A stretch of 5,152 bases of DNA, from the NCBI RefSeq assembly GCF_055900595.2, contig NZ_JBVWEU010000009.1. The stretch is one strand, 5' to 3'. Under the pieces are notes generated by a model that saw only the letters and a list, made by a program, of their open reading frames with translations, had not been told where the DNA came from and did not search any database. Origin of the DNA: a plasmid. Every line of letters starts with the position of its first letter. Positions within the stretch are counted from its first letter, which is position 1. Below are positions 5,114-5,152 of the stretch, in pieces. The translations under genes were made by a program, and so were the position numbers.

Positions 5114-5152
5114 TCTTACCTCTGCACTTTTGCCGTTAATGTGAGTTGTTAT

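Noticed and set aside
1-5152. Searched for colicin, immunity and lysis genes, toxin-antitoxin pairs, antibiotic resistance genes, CRISPR repeats, IS elements and tRNA/rRNA genes
   Set aside because: No repeat-spacer periodicity, no terminal inverted repeats with a transposase, no ORF with a lipobox lysis-protein signature or nuclease/colicin-sized product, and no cloverleaf-like sequences were seen. The only unassigned coding capacity is the two-gene AT-rich island reported above.

Overview
The window reads as a complete small mobilizable plasmid (about 5.15 kb) laid out linearly. It has an RSF1010-like (MOBQ) transfer module: oriT at 46-110, mobA at 133-1227, and a MobC-like gene on the minus strand at 4667-5113, which would face mobA across oriT if the molecule is circular. 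It has a ColE2-type replication module: a leader with antisense-RNA hairpin/terminator, rep at 3538-4473, the origin directly after the rep stop codon, and ColE1-like primosome-assembly homology further downstream. A cer-like XerCD resolution site has its core at 3354-3381. Between mobA and the cer-like site lies a roughly 1.8 kb AT-rich cargo island with two convergent genes of unknown function: a bitopic coiled-coil membrane protein (1249-1965, +) and a twin-arginine (Tat) signal protein carrying the two H-x-T-x motifs of the 2H (LigT-like) phosphoesterase superfamily (2172-2969, -). This pair sits where ColE2-family plasmids usually carry a colicin operon and is the best candidate for an undescribed system. 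No rRNA, tRNA, CRISPR array, IS element or integrase was seen. All family assignments rest on motif recognition and recalled sequences, not on database searches.
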